A stretch of 60,339 nt of DNA, the filler included, from Sphacelaria rigidula (Eukaryota): NCBI GenBank assembly GCA_964200075.2. It is 9 parts of 9 records of this genome, joined end to end, with 100 filler letters (N's around TTAATTAATTAA, not from the genome) between each part and the next. Parts side by side here need not be neighbours in the genome. Positions count along the whole stretch, not along the records: positions 33,580 to 40,194 come from CAXNAA020019043.1; positions 40,295 to 46,909 come from CAXNAA020019044.1; positions 47,010 to 53,624 come from CAXNAA020019045.1; 6 more parts are not named here. One strand, 5' to 3'. The translations under genes were made by a program, and so were the position numbers. The notes under the pieces were generated by a model, which was given only the letters and a program-made list of their open reading frames with translations, had not been told where the DNA came from and ran no database searches. Positions 39,716 to 52,940 of the stretch are shown here, one piece after another. Every line of letters begins with the position of its first letter. The first letter of the stretch is position 1.

Positions 39716-42700
39716 ATCACGCCCTTTTTCTCGATCGTATCCGATATGTCCGCATTTCTGTTCTTGGGAGGCTTCAACTCAAATTTATGATGGTGACGTA
39801 CGGAGGAAAACTACTAAACAAGATGAGTTTCTCAATCTGGAACATGCGGTAAAATGGCGCGAAGCGGCACGTGACTTTCATCTTGAAGATCACCATGCAA
39901 ACACATGTAGGCTTTTGCTTCTGCGCGCATATAATTTCGCATCAAACGGGGTTTGCACATAAGCATATAACAACGTTTTCGTGAGATTGAGAGTAGATCT
40001 TCGATTGAGAGTGGCTTTGGTCATTCGCTTTAAGTGAAATATTTTTTTATTCCACATGTGCTTTTCTTTACCCACATCACCTGCGTGTGTACAGCTACAC
40101 GTCGATATCCTACCCAGGGATATCAAGTGCCTCAGTGGCCAGCTCTTGCAGAAAGCATGTTGACTCTCGTGGAAGTGCATTTCGGAACTGAAACNNNNNN
40201 NNNNNNNNNNNNNNNNNNNNNNNNNNNNNNNNNNNNNNTTAATTAATTAANNNNNNNNNNNNNNNNNNNNNNNNNNNNNNNNNNNNNNNNNNNNTGTTTT
40301 GGGAGGGGTTAATTTGCGTGTGGCCCAAAAAAACCCCATTTGGTCGGGGGGGGGGGGGGGGGGGACAAATATGAGACATTGTGATCATCACTTTATCACA
40401 TTACATTGCATCACTCTGTCAGTGTCGAGATACGTTCATGTACTGCACCAGTCACTTCCTGCGGCGCGCACGGTATGCCTTCGGGGAGGGGCCGGAGGGG
40501 TGGGCGTACTCATATTTGGGGGGGGGGTGGTTCTGCGAGACATACCTGACTGCCCGGTGTTTCATGCAAAAGCATTCACAGATGCCATTATAGCCTATAT
40601 ACCGTACAGTAGAACACTAGATCAACGCGCTCCAGTTCAGCGCTGCCACGGTACCAGTCTGCTGACGCTATGCCGCCTTTCCCTCGTGGAATATGGTTTT
40701 TTGTCGGGTGCTTATTTTCGGTAGGACCTAAACCCTTGTATTGGGTGAATCCAACGATCTTTCCAAACGATTTGCGGGTCTCGTGAATCCTTGGACAACG
40801 AGCGTCGCCTCGGAACAGTTTTACAGGCTGAAAGTCCGAGACATCCGGGGGTTTCCAGGGGGCGGGGAAGGGTGTGGTTTACACCAGGTGGGGTGGGGGG
40901 CTGTTCGTAGAACAGCCGAAAAGCTCACCAAGTCTACCACGTGTGTTTGGAAGTTTCCCACGGAGGATAACGAGCCAAGAAGGAGGCCCGAGAGGATCGC
41001 AGAGACTATTCTGAACAATCACGGCTGCCAAAATGGTCACTTTGTTGCCCTACAGGTGGACTACAGGAGAATTACTTCGCTGTCTAGCCGTATTTCTGAT
41101 TTTAGTCACGGCAATTCAACCATAGATTACATCGGCACGAATGATGTGCTTTATACGCTGCTCGTGGTCTGCACCGACCGCCTGACCCCTCATGTGTTGC
41201 CAGCATAGCCTCACACTGTAGTGTTGTTGTGGAACACCAAGCACAGACATCAAGAGCATGCACTACATTGTGTTTAGCGGAGAGCGGTGGCACGCTGATT
41301 GTTTCCACCGTTGTATCTAGCGAAGACATACAGCACATATGCTAACTTTGTACGTGATAGACCGCAGGGTCGAAACCGGTCAAGGGGTTATCGGGGAGTA
41401 TTCCCTACATAGATCCCAAGATCCACATAATTATGAAAAAAAAAGACGTTTCCACCTGTGGAGGGGTTGCCGTCTGACGCCGTGTCTTATTAAAATTTAT
41501 CTCGAACGAATCCGTGCGGCGAAATTGATTCAGTTTGTTTTGCTGCGTTTTGGGTCCAAGCGAATTTGCACACTTCCGATCGAGAAAGCTTAGCGAAATT
41601 CGCGAAGCGGTACTTGTTTACTTGTAATCAATACAGACAGGACAGTACTGTCTGCACTGTCTGCACAGGGTGTGTGTTTCGTACATGGGGATGTGAAGAA
41701 GAGAGGGGCAACGGGCAGAACAGACAGCACAGGACTGTCCATATTCTCTTCATACAGAAGGGTACGAGAAACATTTGAACAACGTGCAGTTTTCTACTGC
41801 CTGTACTGTCCATGAGCGTGTGCGCAAGTCGGCCGTCCACCTTTCCACGTAGTTCCGTCGCCAATTCCAAACAGGACAAAGATGGTCAACTTTCGCCAAC
41901 AAAATAGTAACACATCATACCCAACTACTGCAGTGTATCTATCCCTGTGCTCAATTTGTGCTCTATGCCGCTGAGTTGCGGTGGTAGCTAAGAATGCGCT
42001 GTGTGGGGTATGCATGGTTCTGTGAACGGGTGGTGTTTGGCGTGGTGTTGTGCAACATAGGAATCGAGTGCCCGTTCGTACTTTCCGCCGCGTGTTTTTG
42101 ATCGAGAAAGCTACAGTAAGCCTTTCTGTATTTCACCCTGCCCGTCGCGCGCAAATAGTAATGAATTGGACTTGAAGCCACCTGAGAACATGAATGCCGT
42201 TGACATAGAAGATACGAGCTAATCACGACTGATTCGGCTCGACCGCGCGTTTTCGAGTAAAACAAGAATGACAAGACACGGCCCAATACTTAGACCCTTG
42301 GACGGCGAGAGTAGATCATCTGCTGAATCAGCAACAACTTCACGTTAAAAAATTATTCATGATCCAGATGGACCGCCCTCGCAGTGTAAGGGTCAAGACA
42401 AGGCCCGCACAACCGCCACACGGGGCCGCCATACGACATAGTTGCAGGAGCCGTAGCAGTGCATCATGTTTTGCCATCAGCAGCAGAGTCAATGCAAACA
42501 GGCACTTGTGCAACTGATCACATGGACTTAGTTCTATGTACAACAAGAAATATACGATGTTTTTCACTAGAGCATGAGGTACGTTCATGTACACACCTGA
42601 GTGCTACATGGGCAAAATATCATATTTTTACTATTTCGATACGTTTTCCCGTGTTTCGGAGCCTTCAACTCACTCTCGTATCAGCAGCAGTGTCCGCGAA

Positions 42701-43063
42701 GGACATCCCTTTGCGAGAGCTTTCACTCCATGTACGTCTTCACGCGGGAAGGCGCCGGCTGCACCACTGCAGATACAATCCAACAACAGTGCCTGGACGT
42801 GCAAGTTGCGCACATTTTCCCACGGTTATGCTCTCTAGGTTATACCAGCTGAAGTTCGCGTATTTACAAAAGTAAAAGAAATAACATTTCATCGATAGAT
42901 ACCCTTCCGAACCGTACCGGATTGTTCGGAACAAGGCTCCATAGCCTGCCGAGCCATACCGGAATGATCGGTACACATTTTTTCCCGCACAGTAATCCGA
43001 TCTCTTGAACCCGTGGTTAAAGACGTGGGCTTGTCTTTCCAATACCGTCCCTGCTATTCCTTA

Positions 43064-43530
43064 GGCCGCTCCTGATAGCGCAAAAAAAAAGAGGTCCTGC
43101 AAAAATGCTTTTTCGGTTCTTCGTCGTTTTACGCCTTAAAAGAGAGCTAGGCGGAGGTTGACGCCTTAGGATGACTTGCTTCACTCGTTGAGATGGTCTT
43201 CGGACATGTTCGCGTTGTCCGGTGGCCGCAGTTTTTACTCTGACCGAACTTGAATTTCGTGCAAGAGCGGTCAAGAATGGTCAAATCTAGAAAGAACTGT
43301 CATTTTTCTCTGGACTTGACCGTCTCTAGACAAAAATGCTTGTTTGGCCTAAATAAGTACTACGGCCACCGGAGAACGCGAAGATGTCCTGGAACCGCCT
43401 CGACGAATAGAGCAAGTCGTTCCAAGGTGTCAAACTCCACATTGCTCTCTTCTAGGGCGTAAAACGACGAAGAGAGACAACAAACGCATTTTTACAGGAC
43501 TTTTTGTTTTGTTTGCCATAAGGAGCGGCC
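43064..43530. mobile_element. Intact palindromic Tourist/Harbinger-like MITE (family M2), TTA TSD
   Basis: TTA|GGCCGCTCCT...AGGAGCGGCC|TTA, 467 bp, with complementary arms. Confidence 0.92.
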
Positions 43531-43859
43531 TTACATGACATTGAGTCCTCATCATTTTTTTCCCGAGACCATAGATTAGGGGCGTGTCTTATCACACTAT
43601 TTTTTGATCGGAAATGTGCGGTGGAAACGGAAAACTTCGATCTGATAGGTCGTAATTTCAACTAACGTAGTTTATTTCAAAGATGGTTGAAATCACAACA
43701 TATCAAATCGAGATATTTGTTTCCCACCACACTTTTTCGATCAAAAGTTGATGTGCTAAGACACAGCCTTACTACAAAAACAGAAGCAATCAACCAAATG
43801 ATAACCAAAATAAAAAGAATACGAGAGACACAGGAAAACAGATGATAAATAGCTTTCTG

Positions 43860-44366
43860 GAGTTCATCGGGATAAAGGGGGGGAAAAGCAGCTTCAGATC
43901 TGCTGAAAAGGCACCGGACCCACGGATAGACAATAACTTTGACTGGCATGATTTATCGATCAATCATAGCCTCTCAATACACCAAAATGTGGCGACCTTT
44001 CTTGAATCAGATGAGAGAATCGAGGGGGAATCGAGTGGTCAAATAGCTCTGATTGGCCAACACGTTGCGCAGCTGCGAGCCAGACAGCTGCTACCATCAA
44101 TCACTGGGGACCCGAGTTCATCGGGATGAAGGGGGAAAAAAAGCTTCAGACCTGCTGAAAAGGCACAGGGCCCACAGGTAAGCAAGAATTTAACTGGCAT
44201 AATTTTCCGATCAATCAGAGTCTCTCAATATACTCAAATGCGGCGACCTTTTCTCTATAAGATGAGATAATCGAGTGGGAATTGAGTGGTCACATAGTTC
44301 TGATCATTGGCCCACACATTGCGCCGCTGCGAGTCAGACAGCTGCAACCATCAATCGCTGGGGATA
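43860..44366. repeat. Tandem duplication, ~254-bp unit x2
   Basis: Both units start GAGTTCATCGGGAT and end CAGACAGCTGC.ACCATCAATC.CTGGGGA. Confidence 0.9.
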
Positions 44367-45555
44367 CAGCGGCTCCGTACTCGCTCAGTTTGTTTTCCCC
44401 AACCTCCAAGCACCCGCCTTACGTGTCTTCTCCTATCACAGCAACCGAGTACAATGACTAAAGTACCACAGAAGACGCAACAGGCAGCTGCACCGTCGTC
44501 ATGTAATCGTTTCAAGCTTGTGTAGACAGCACTTCAATTCATCCCACCCCAATTCTGTGGAGATCGAAACACGGCATGCAGCTGTACGACTGTTCAGGCA
44601 CTCTCAAGCGCAAACTACACCATGCGTGCCGTAGAGTTTTCAATTCGAGGGCACAACAGCACAGCGACAACTACGGCATATAAATGATGGGTGTAGCGCC
44701 TTGTTCGTTTGACGGAGGACGAAACAGCCAACACACTTTGAAGGTTTCAATCGTGTGTAGACTGCACTGCAGTGCCGACCAACACTACATTTCCTCTTAT
44801 TTTCTGTAAAAACGAACGCAGTGACAGTAAGGCAACTCAAGCAATTCCAGCGGAGACCAAATCGTCTTCGCAAAAGTTTGAACACACCACAGCGCGGTGA
44901 CAGCTACAGCACATGAGAGAGGGCGTGAGTGTGGTTATGCCGCAGCGCAAACAGTGAGACAGGACATGTCCCAAGTGATGGTTCGTCCCTTGATTTCAGA
45001 CGGGTTCTCAATTTTTGCCGAGTGCCGATTTTCGAACGTTCGGCCATAATCGCGTTCGCGCGAGAATCATTTATGTCACTAGAGATACCTGTATCTGTGG
45101 GAGGTGAGCCGTTCGAAAGCACATCAACAGAAAAGGGAAATAAAAGACAAGACAAGAGAAGGGTCTGTCATAAATATATTTCGGGACACGTAGGCCCCAA
45201 GATCGAAAATTCGAGTTTTTGACGGGGGGGGGGCACCCAGCCTGCTGTCCCCTAAATTTTTGCCGAGGCGTTGGCGGGTGCCGTCAGCTACCGTGTACAG
45301 AGATCCTTGGCATGGAGGTCGCTGAGATGACGGACACACCGCCCCTCCGAGCTCATCACCTACCATGATTACATTCATGAGATGATGTTCCGTGTCGTGT
45401 GCCTCGTCTACCCTCCACTAGTAGTCCGGGCAAATTTGGCAAGGCGTAAGAAAATGTTGCTACTTTGGCTACAGGCTGTCGCTACCGTGCGCTCGTGTAC
45501 TGTACATACGAGCTGGGCCAGCCGAGAAGCGATTCTGCAGTTTGCAGGCCTATTA

Positions 45556-45808
45556 TACGGCCAATACTTGGAGCTGGACCCTGAAATTTGGTATTGACAA
45601 TGAGTAGGGCATAACAAAAAAAAATACTGGCGTACACAAGTTCTTTTTCTTCATGAGTTGGGGGCATTTTACCGATATCTGGAAACTGATTATTGCCCTT
45701 AAAGCATGAAAAAACAAAAAAAAAACTTGTGTACGCCACAATTTTTTTTATTATGCCTACTCATTGTCCATACCAAATTTCAGGGTCCAGCTCCAAGTAT
45801 TGGCCGTG
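45556..45808. mobile_element. Palindromic Tc1/mariner-type MITE, TA TSD
   Basis: TA|TACGGCCAATACTTGGAGCTGGACCCTGAAATTTGGTA ... TACCAAATTTCAGGGTCCAGCTCCAAGTATTGGCCGTG|TA. Confidence 0.88.
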
Positions 45809-46198
45809 TAATGAGCCGTTTAGTGACAGGGTCAGAAGAAATTCGGAACAATATTTTACAGGCCATTTACCGGCCCACGTTTGGTGTCTGTGTATTGAAA
45901 CTTTGAGTGGGGCGTGGCTGGGGCATAATTAACAAAACAAAGTGGGTCAGGTTGATTTTTTTCATTTTTTCCGCTGGTTTAGGGCGTTCTACTATGGTTA
46001 TGACCATATCATTCGAGAACGACCTAACCTCCATGACAAAAAAAAAATGGAAGGTCATTTTTTTGTTGGCACTCTTCGGTGGTTCTCCACACCAAAATTC
46101 GTCGCCATCCGCTAAATGCATGGATCAGNNNNNNNNNNATCTGCTACCTCCCTTAGGTATAGGAATTACTGGACATGGGGTTTAATCAACGAGAAAAT

Positions 46199-46485
46199 AT
46201 GGGCCCAAACTTTCACACGTCGGACAGCTCATGAGCTACCTGGAAATTACTTTTTATTTGAGTACTGATCCGGATCATGAGCTAGCTCAGTTGGCAACAA
46301 TTTCCGCATTAGGTCTCGACAGCGATGGACACCGAGCACGCCGTGTAACGAGAAGGTAACGCTTTGGCTTCTCCGACACTTATGTCACGTTTTCTGTGTT
46401 TTTGTACAATGGATATGAGTTCTCTTCGAGTCGCCATTTCAGGTAGCTAATGAGCTGTCCGACGTGTGCAAACTTTTGAGCACAT
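46199..46485. mobile_element. MITE-like element with ~45-bp TIRs
   Basis: CACACGTCGGACAGCTCATGAGCTACCTG pairs with CAGGTAGCTAATGAGCTGTCCGACGTGTG. Confidence 0.8.
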
Positions 46486-46850
46486 GGGCACCTTCCCCTT
46501 GATTAGACGATTAGTACGATATGAGGATCACGGGTCAACTCGTCTGTGTCAACGAGATATTGCTTTTAGAGCTGAAATCCGTTTTTAGGCTGGCCCAGCT
46601 CGTGGATGTGTGTGACCGTTGCCGGCTTCCGAGGTCATCGGGACAGGGCGGGCAAGGAGCGGAATCGGATATGCGAACCTCGCAAAGCCCGCCATACTTT
46701 CCGGTTTTTGTTAGTGTCTGTTGATGAATTTTTTCACACAATTTCAACAAGAAAAATCACCAAATTCACAAAAAAAACATGAAAAAAATGTCAAGATCAT
46801 GATGATTTTCGAACAATTGTCCTCCGAAAATGAAGGGAGTGGGGGGGGGC

Positions 46851-46909
46851 GTACTCAATTGTTGCTTGCCTTAGTCGTGTGACCATTGACCACGCATCCC
46901 TTTCGAGAC
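46851..46909 (-). mobile_element. 3' end of the C-tract LINE, cut by contig end
   Basis: G9-C-GTACTCA.TTGTTGCTTGCCTTAGTCG... is the reverse complement of 57500-57559. Confidence 0.85.
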
Positions 46910-47437
46910 NNNNNNNNNNNNNNNNNNNNNNNNNNNNNNNNNNNNNNNNNNNNTTAATTAATTAANNNNNNNNNNNNNNNNNNNNNNNNNNNNNNNNNNN
47001 NNNNNNNNNACCTTGATACCCTAGGGTAATACAGTGCAGGACACTTCATCAGTACAATACATGATAATGCCGTGAGGTAGTACATGATGGCACAGCCGGT
47101 ATTGCGAGAACAGAGAACAAACAGTTCGCGAGCAGAGTTCAGTAGTGCAGTGCCGTATATCACCCCTCAAGTACAGCGACAGCAGCTAGGAGAGTACAGT
47201 AGCGGTCGTTATTGTGATACATATGGCAGCGCAGCGCAGCATAAAATATTGCTATAGGCGCAAGGTATGGCGTCAACACTTATTATCCGCTTGTCAAACC
47301 CCGTGCGAAGTTGCTTCAGCAGCTGCGGCGAGCAGTAGGCATGCCCTATGCTGTCACGAGACTGTCTTCTGCTGTCGTTGCAAAAATATCAAACGCCTCG
47401 TACTCTAGCATTGTACGTCAATGCACGTACGTCTCCT

Positions 47438-47625
47438 CAAAAAAATCGGGGGGAGTCACGATCTTGGAACGGATTCCCCCGATTTTTTCGAAAAAATCGG
47501 GGGAAACCGTTCCGACATTGTAATCCCCCGATTTTTTTCGCCCCCGATTTAGTCCAGATCCGTGTCCATAAAATGGGTTCCCCGATTTCCCCCCTCCCCC
47601 CCCCCCGCCCCCGATTTTGAAAAAC
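47438..47625. repeat. Cluster of AAAATCGGGG/CCCCGATTTT motifs in both orientations (TE subterminal-repeat-like)
   Basis: About seven copies of the motif within 190 bp. Confidence 0.6.
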
Positions 47626-48559
47626 TCGAGATTCGTGCCTGCCAAAAAAGTGGGTCTAAGTAACCGTGTTTTCGGGTAGTCCATTCCAGACTGAGTACAA
47701 GGATTGAGGCTGTAAACTGGCTGATACTGAGGCCGTGTCGTGTCGAGACAAAAAAACAGGAAGCGGGAAAAGGAACCAAGCAATGCAGCTTGCCGGCTCA
47801 CCACGACCACCTTGGGTCCTGACGAGGATTCAAAAAGCTGGCTTTGTGGAAAGAGCGGTGATTATTTCCGCTCTGGACGCCGTCGGAAACAGGTCTGGAA
47901 ATCTCAACGGGCGTGACTGAAGCCCAGGATAGAAACATGTTGAATTACACCTACACAATCCAGCCTCAGCAAAAACGCACACCCGCAAAACAAGCGCATC
48001 ACGCTTGGTGCCAGCTGTTGCCCATCTATACGCAGTGCTGTTTGTTTCACGGCAATCCGTTCGACTGGTATAGAGCTGACTGTGTATGGAACAAAAGTTG
48101 CTCACGACGGGGTCGTTGAGCCTCTGAGGTGTGCTACACGGCGCCCTTGTGACGGAAATTATCGCTTGTCACTCAATTTTGAACCGACTTTTCTCCAACC
48201 CGAAAACATCGTACTCAGTTAGTCGATAGATACGGCTCGAGCTATTCATATTTTTTCCTCGGACAGTGAGATTAGCAGTTCATGTGAGCTTATGCCTCAG
48301 ATCCGGGGTGTGTCACAGGTGTATACCAACGGCCATTGCGCCGCTGATTTACGTTGCCCTTCATGGCGAACAGCCCAAGCATTCTTGTTGAATAACCTGG
48401 ACAAAATTCAGAGAATTCCAACATATTTTTCGAAGAAAAGCGCCGCCGCCTTCTTCCGTTGGAGGACGTGGTATTCCAGCGACCAATCAGCATACACCTT
48501 TTGCTCGTTTCTTTTGTCGTTCGGTAAGACGGCCTGGTGCGTAAGCAGTAGGTATGTCA

Positions 48560-49820
48560 GCCCATCCATGCCGAAAAGCCGGCGTGATAAATCAGTGACG
48601 GTGGGATGTAAAGATCGACGTGACCATTCCTACTGATGAAAGATATAATGTCTTCGATGGGATCCGTAATGCGTCCCATGGCGGATTCATCCATGGGTTT
48701 AGCCCGTGCGGGCCATCGAGACATAGTCGGCCTTCGCATTTTTGGGTCCTGTTCGGCATTTCAACAACAAGTTGTTAGGCGACAGGATTTCGAACCAGCG
48801 ATGTACCTTTGCGTTGTCTTCCGCCATTTTGGCGAGACGTTCCGAAGACTTTTGGTCCGTATAAATGACAAGCGGAATGCCATAAAAGTAACAGCTGATG
48901 ATCGAAATAGAGGATGAAGCTTTTCATTGAGGATGAGAACTCCGAGAGGATTAAAAGCTCACTATCCACACCAAATCTTCGAAATATAGCTCCATTCCTT
49001 CACCTACTGGTAGACATTGACAAGTACTATAGGTCACACCAATTTGCATTTCGATACCCGAAATGTTGGGGTCCTAGGTGAAAAACCATTTTCGGGGAAT
49101 TTCGGCGTTACGATCGGATCACCTGAATTTCCCAAAATTATGTTATTATCTAGGACCCCAACATTTCGGTTATCGAAATGAAAATTTGCAGGGCGTGTAG
49201 CAGTTGACAATAGCTACCAATAGATGGAGGAATGGAATCATATTTCGAAGGTTTGGTGTGGATACGAAATTTCAATCCGCCGGGTTCTCATCCTCAATGA
49301 AAAGTTCCATCCTCAATTTCGATGATCGGCTGTAAAATACTGTATTGACGGGCAAGTCGCAGGTCCAAACGACTGCACCAGCCTCTTATTTCATCATCGA
49401 CAACATTTTGTTCGTTCGGGGAAGTGGTTCGACTCAGATATACAAAGGGGCGAACAAGAGCAGCTTCGTGCTCTTCTCCTGGCGTACAGCCAAACCCAAT
49501 TTTGAAGGAAGCCGTGTGTAGTCCGAGAGGACGTGAACCGTGTTGAGCAGCTCGCCAGTCTGAAAAGACCAAGATCGGGGGTCGTGAAAGAGTGTCAAGC
49601 AGGTTACGTACGATTTATTCCATTTCCGACGTGAACACGAACTTCACACCTTACTTGGCGAGAGTGGTGAGGGGCTTCAGTATTTGATTAGAATTGGCAA
49701 GTACTGTCGATAGCAGCTCAAACCTCCGAACAACGAGCGCAGGTGAGAAACATCCCGGGGCATGGGTACATCGGCAAGCCCGGGGACCTTGTTGAGGGTG
49801 ACGCTGCGACCCTCATGCAT
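48560..49820 (-). pseudogene. Ty3/Gypsy LTR-retrotransposon pol remnant (RT thumb/connection + RNase H), interrupted by MITE M1
   Basis: Frameshifted minus-strand peptides VPMPRDVSHLRSLFGGLSCYRQYLP, PILVFSDW...GSRP...GFG...VRPFVYLSRTTSPNEQN, and FYGIPLVIYTDQ...KVHRWFEIL...GPKNAKADY match gypsy RT/RNase H motifs. Confidence 0.85.
48892..49332. mobile_element. Palindromic MITE family M1, TAA TSD
   Basis: TAA|CAGCTGATGATCGAAAT...ATTTCGATGATCGGCTG|TAA; homologous to 7515-7953. Confidence 0.9.
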
Positions 49821-49834
49821 AATGGGGGGGGGGC

Positions 49835-49902
49835 GTACTCATTTGTTGCCTGCCTTAGTCGTGTGACCATTGACCACGCATCCCTTTCGAGACGGAGCAC
49901 CG
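49835..49902 (-). mobile_element. 5'-truncated C-tract LINE tail between G-runs
   Basis: Reverse complement encodes GAPSRKGCVVNGHTTKAGNK* followed by GTAC and the C run. Flanks are AATGGGGGGGGGGC and AATATAGGGGGAGGGC. Confidence 0.85.
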
Positions 49903-51192
49903 AATATAGGGGGAGGGCGATGACGAAGCATACATGATTACATGTTCACCTGATACTTGGCAAGAAAATTTGGCAGGCTTGTCAGACAGGCCTCTGCGAG
50001 CTTGGACATGGATTCGCGGAGCTCCTGTCGCCACAATAAAAGCACGGCACATAGCGCACATCAGCATATCAATACGGCCATCCGTCGAATAACCAACACC
50101 AACGCACATTTTGTTGACGGTGAACTACTAGGAGGGGGGAGGGAGGGGGCGTACTCATGACCTTGCATGCTCAGGTGGGATGCAGTGGCCCTCGATTGGG
50201 CATGCTTCGCTTTTCGGCGCGATGAAACTCCTCGCCCGAGGGAAAATCATTCGTTTTGTACAAGTGATCGAAAATGCGATCTTCGGTCGTACATGACACT
50301 CACGCCCGAGGAAACGTTCCTTGCAGCGAGTTCAGAAACGTTTCGGCGTTTCTCAGGGGATGGGGTTCGGTAGCATTGCTCCCCGTGAGGAGACACCAAA
50401 AACAGGTCGATTGTGTATAACCGGCGGGAAAACAAAAAATGGGGTGCATAAGAAACGGCCTGAGTGCATGACGCACCCATTTTCAAAGAAGAAATCCACT
50501 GACGATCGCATTTTTTTATTTATACGAAGTATGGGGCTTCCACTGACATTTTTGTGGCGGGCAGGTTCTAACTGTTTGCCTGCGCGGGTGGTCATACTCT
50601 GGCTGCGCGCCCGTTGGTACGACTGGTACAACTCAAAACCGTAAGCGTGAGGGTGTGAGTAGCACCGCAAAATTGACGTGAATCGACGCAGTAGTGCGGG
50701 AGCTCTGCCCCACTCCGCGATAGCAGAATACCATTATAGGGTGTGCGCGACAGGACGAACAATTTTGCAGGTAGCGGCAGCACGAGCTGCGCAAATTGCA
50801 GCGCAGAAGAGATTACTATTGAAAAATACAAAAGTAAAAGTCTTCGGCGGCATTTGTGACGATCCTTACTTTTCCTTTCTTTTCATCGTTTTAATGTATT
50901 TTATTTCATTTGCTCTGTACTTTCCTCGTCTTTTCCTCCTTTTTTTCGTTTCAGGTCGGCCATTTCTTCATGTGCTTTACTTGTGTTGACTTTTTGTCAT
51001 TACTTTTTTTTTTGTCACGACTTTATCTGCTCTGTCGTTCTGTTCGACCTTTTTTTTCTTCTGCTCCTTCTTTTCTTCAGAGCGTGTTCCAGTTTCGTTC
51101 TTCTTGAGTACGTCCGTCATGTGACCACGGCTGGACCCCTGGGGGGTCAGTTAAAGTGCGACAATCAATCAATCGATTAAAATTACGATCTA

Positions 51193-51462
51193 CAGTGGGG
51201 TGCATGCGACAGAACGAGCAATTTTCAGGCAGTGGAACCGCACCGTTACAGCGTACAATGCCACGAGATCGGCGTTGGGAAGGTGGCATCTACGGCAACA
51301 TCATTTGTTACAATCCCCCGTAACAGAACGAGCAATCTTCAGGCAGTGGAACCGCACCCAATACAGCGTACAGCACCACAAGATTAGTGTTGGGAAAAAG
51401 ACGTGGACGGCGACATCATTTGTTGCAACCCCCCGTATCCTTCTGTGGCATACACCCCACCG
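51193..51462. mobile_element. Tc1/mariner-type MITE with TA TSD and internal ~114-bp tandem duplication
   Basis: TA|CAGTGGGGTGCATGCGACAGAA...TTCTGTGGCATACACCCCACCG|TA; ACAGAACGAGCAAT.TTCAGGCAGTGGAACCGCACC occurs twice. Confidence 0.85.
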
Positions 51463-52029
51463 TAGACAGTAGAGTAACGAGGCGTGCACCAGACGAGGAA
51501 ATATGGGCTGATCCCTTGAGACACTGGATTCTTCCCGAGTTGTCCCGAGGAAAGGGGGTAGTGAAAGGTAGCACGGCGTTAACTAAGAACAAATATCTGA
51601 ACTTCACATGCACCTGCCCCGACCCAGTACACATCAAGGTCGTGACTATTACTCATTTTCCATTTTCCACTCTCATCTCGAGGTATATACGACGATGTAC
51701 ATGACGTCCGGAGGGGGGAGGGAACCTCTCCGAAATGACTGATACCGTAGTATATTCGTTTTGGGGTGCTCCCCCCCCAGCAAAAAAGACGAGATTTTCA
51801 TCTCGAGTATAATCGGAGAGAGTTGTGTCAGAGTAAAGTCGTAACAACTGAAAGTCGCCGAGAAAAAGGCTTAGATTATTTCTTCATGATTCTTAGTTTA
51901 CTAGACAAAACCAGCTTGATTCTGTTTTAGTACTCCACCTTTCCTCTGCGGCGCCTGCCTTTATTTTTCATCGCTAGAGGGGTGCGACGATCTCTTTTCT
52001 CGTCGATTGTGGCGTCGAACTTCGTGTGT

Positions 52030-52940
52030 TGTTGTCTTTACATCAAAAACCATTCCGATATCTGCGCAATGCTCCATACTGAGCATCTGATGCGGACGCC
52101 TTTCGCGGCCATAGGCAAACTACCCCAAAAAAGGTATAATGAAATCAAAGAAAAAAATAGTAAAGACCCAGGAAAATTCACAGAGATGCGATACAAAAAT
52201 AAATTAATGGTAACCACATAGTTTCCGGGGCCACAAACGACCATTCGGACTTCTAGAGGCAGAGCCCAACGTTCCCACTCAACGCGCGAGGCCAAACCGA
52301 AATAGAGCCGAACTCAAGAACCAGAGATCACTAACCAAAGCAAAAATAATCGCATAGTCTTACCCCTACCGAAGTACCTTTAGAGGGTGTTTATTTGATT
52401 GATTGGTCGTCGTACTTTAACTGACCCCCTAGGGGTCCAGGCGCGGTCTCGTATCCACGACAAAGTCACTCTCCACTGTTGGGCATGATGTGAGAAAAAA
52501 TCACAGACCGTGTGACTTCCCCGTGATTCGAACCCACGATCCAACCGTCAAAGGTTTTGAGATTACCAACTGAGCCACCGGGGCGACCGGTTCGACAACA
52601 ACTTGTTGTTTTCTTCACATTAAACACCGTTCCGATATCTGCAAAGTACTGTGTACTGGGCATCTGATGCGGACACCTTCCGTGGTCACAGGCTAGCTAC
52701 CCGAAGTAAGGTAAGGTAACTTGAAAAAACAGATGCGACTCAGAAAAATTCACAGATGCGATACAAGGAAGGAAAAAAAACAACAACTGCTAACCGCACA
52801 TGCTCCAGTGCCGTAGGCGACCATTCGGGCTACTGGCGCCACGGCCCAATGGTCCACTCAACACGCGAGGACAAACCGAAATGGAGCCAAACTCCGGAAC
52901 CAAGATCGCCAGTCATAGCGATAGAAATCGCAGGGTTCTA
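52030..52940 (-). repeat. Two copies (~52030-52360 and ~52600-52940) of a dispersed repeat, probably a retroelement 3' region; fragment also at ~15855-15930
   Basis: Shared TTCCGATATCTGC...GCATCTGATGCGGAC.CCTT and CCACTCAAC.CGCGAGG.CAAACCGAAAT. Confidence 0.7.
52390..52590 (-). mobile_element. Short tRNA-derived SINE: S1 head joined to the (TCAA)n-type tail
   Basis: Reverse complement CCGGTCGCCCCGGTGGCTCAGTTGG...GGTTCGAATCAC. The first ~140 bp align with S1, then it switches to CTGGACCCCTAGGGGGTCAGTTAAAG...AATCAATC. Confidence 0.75.
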
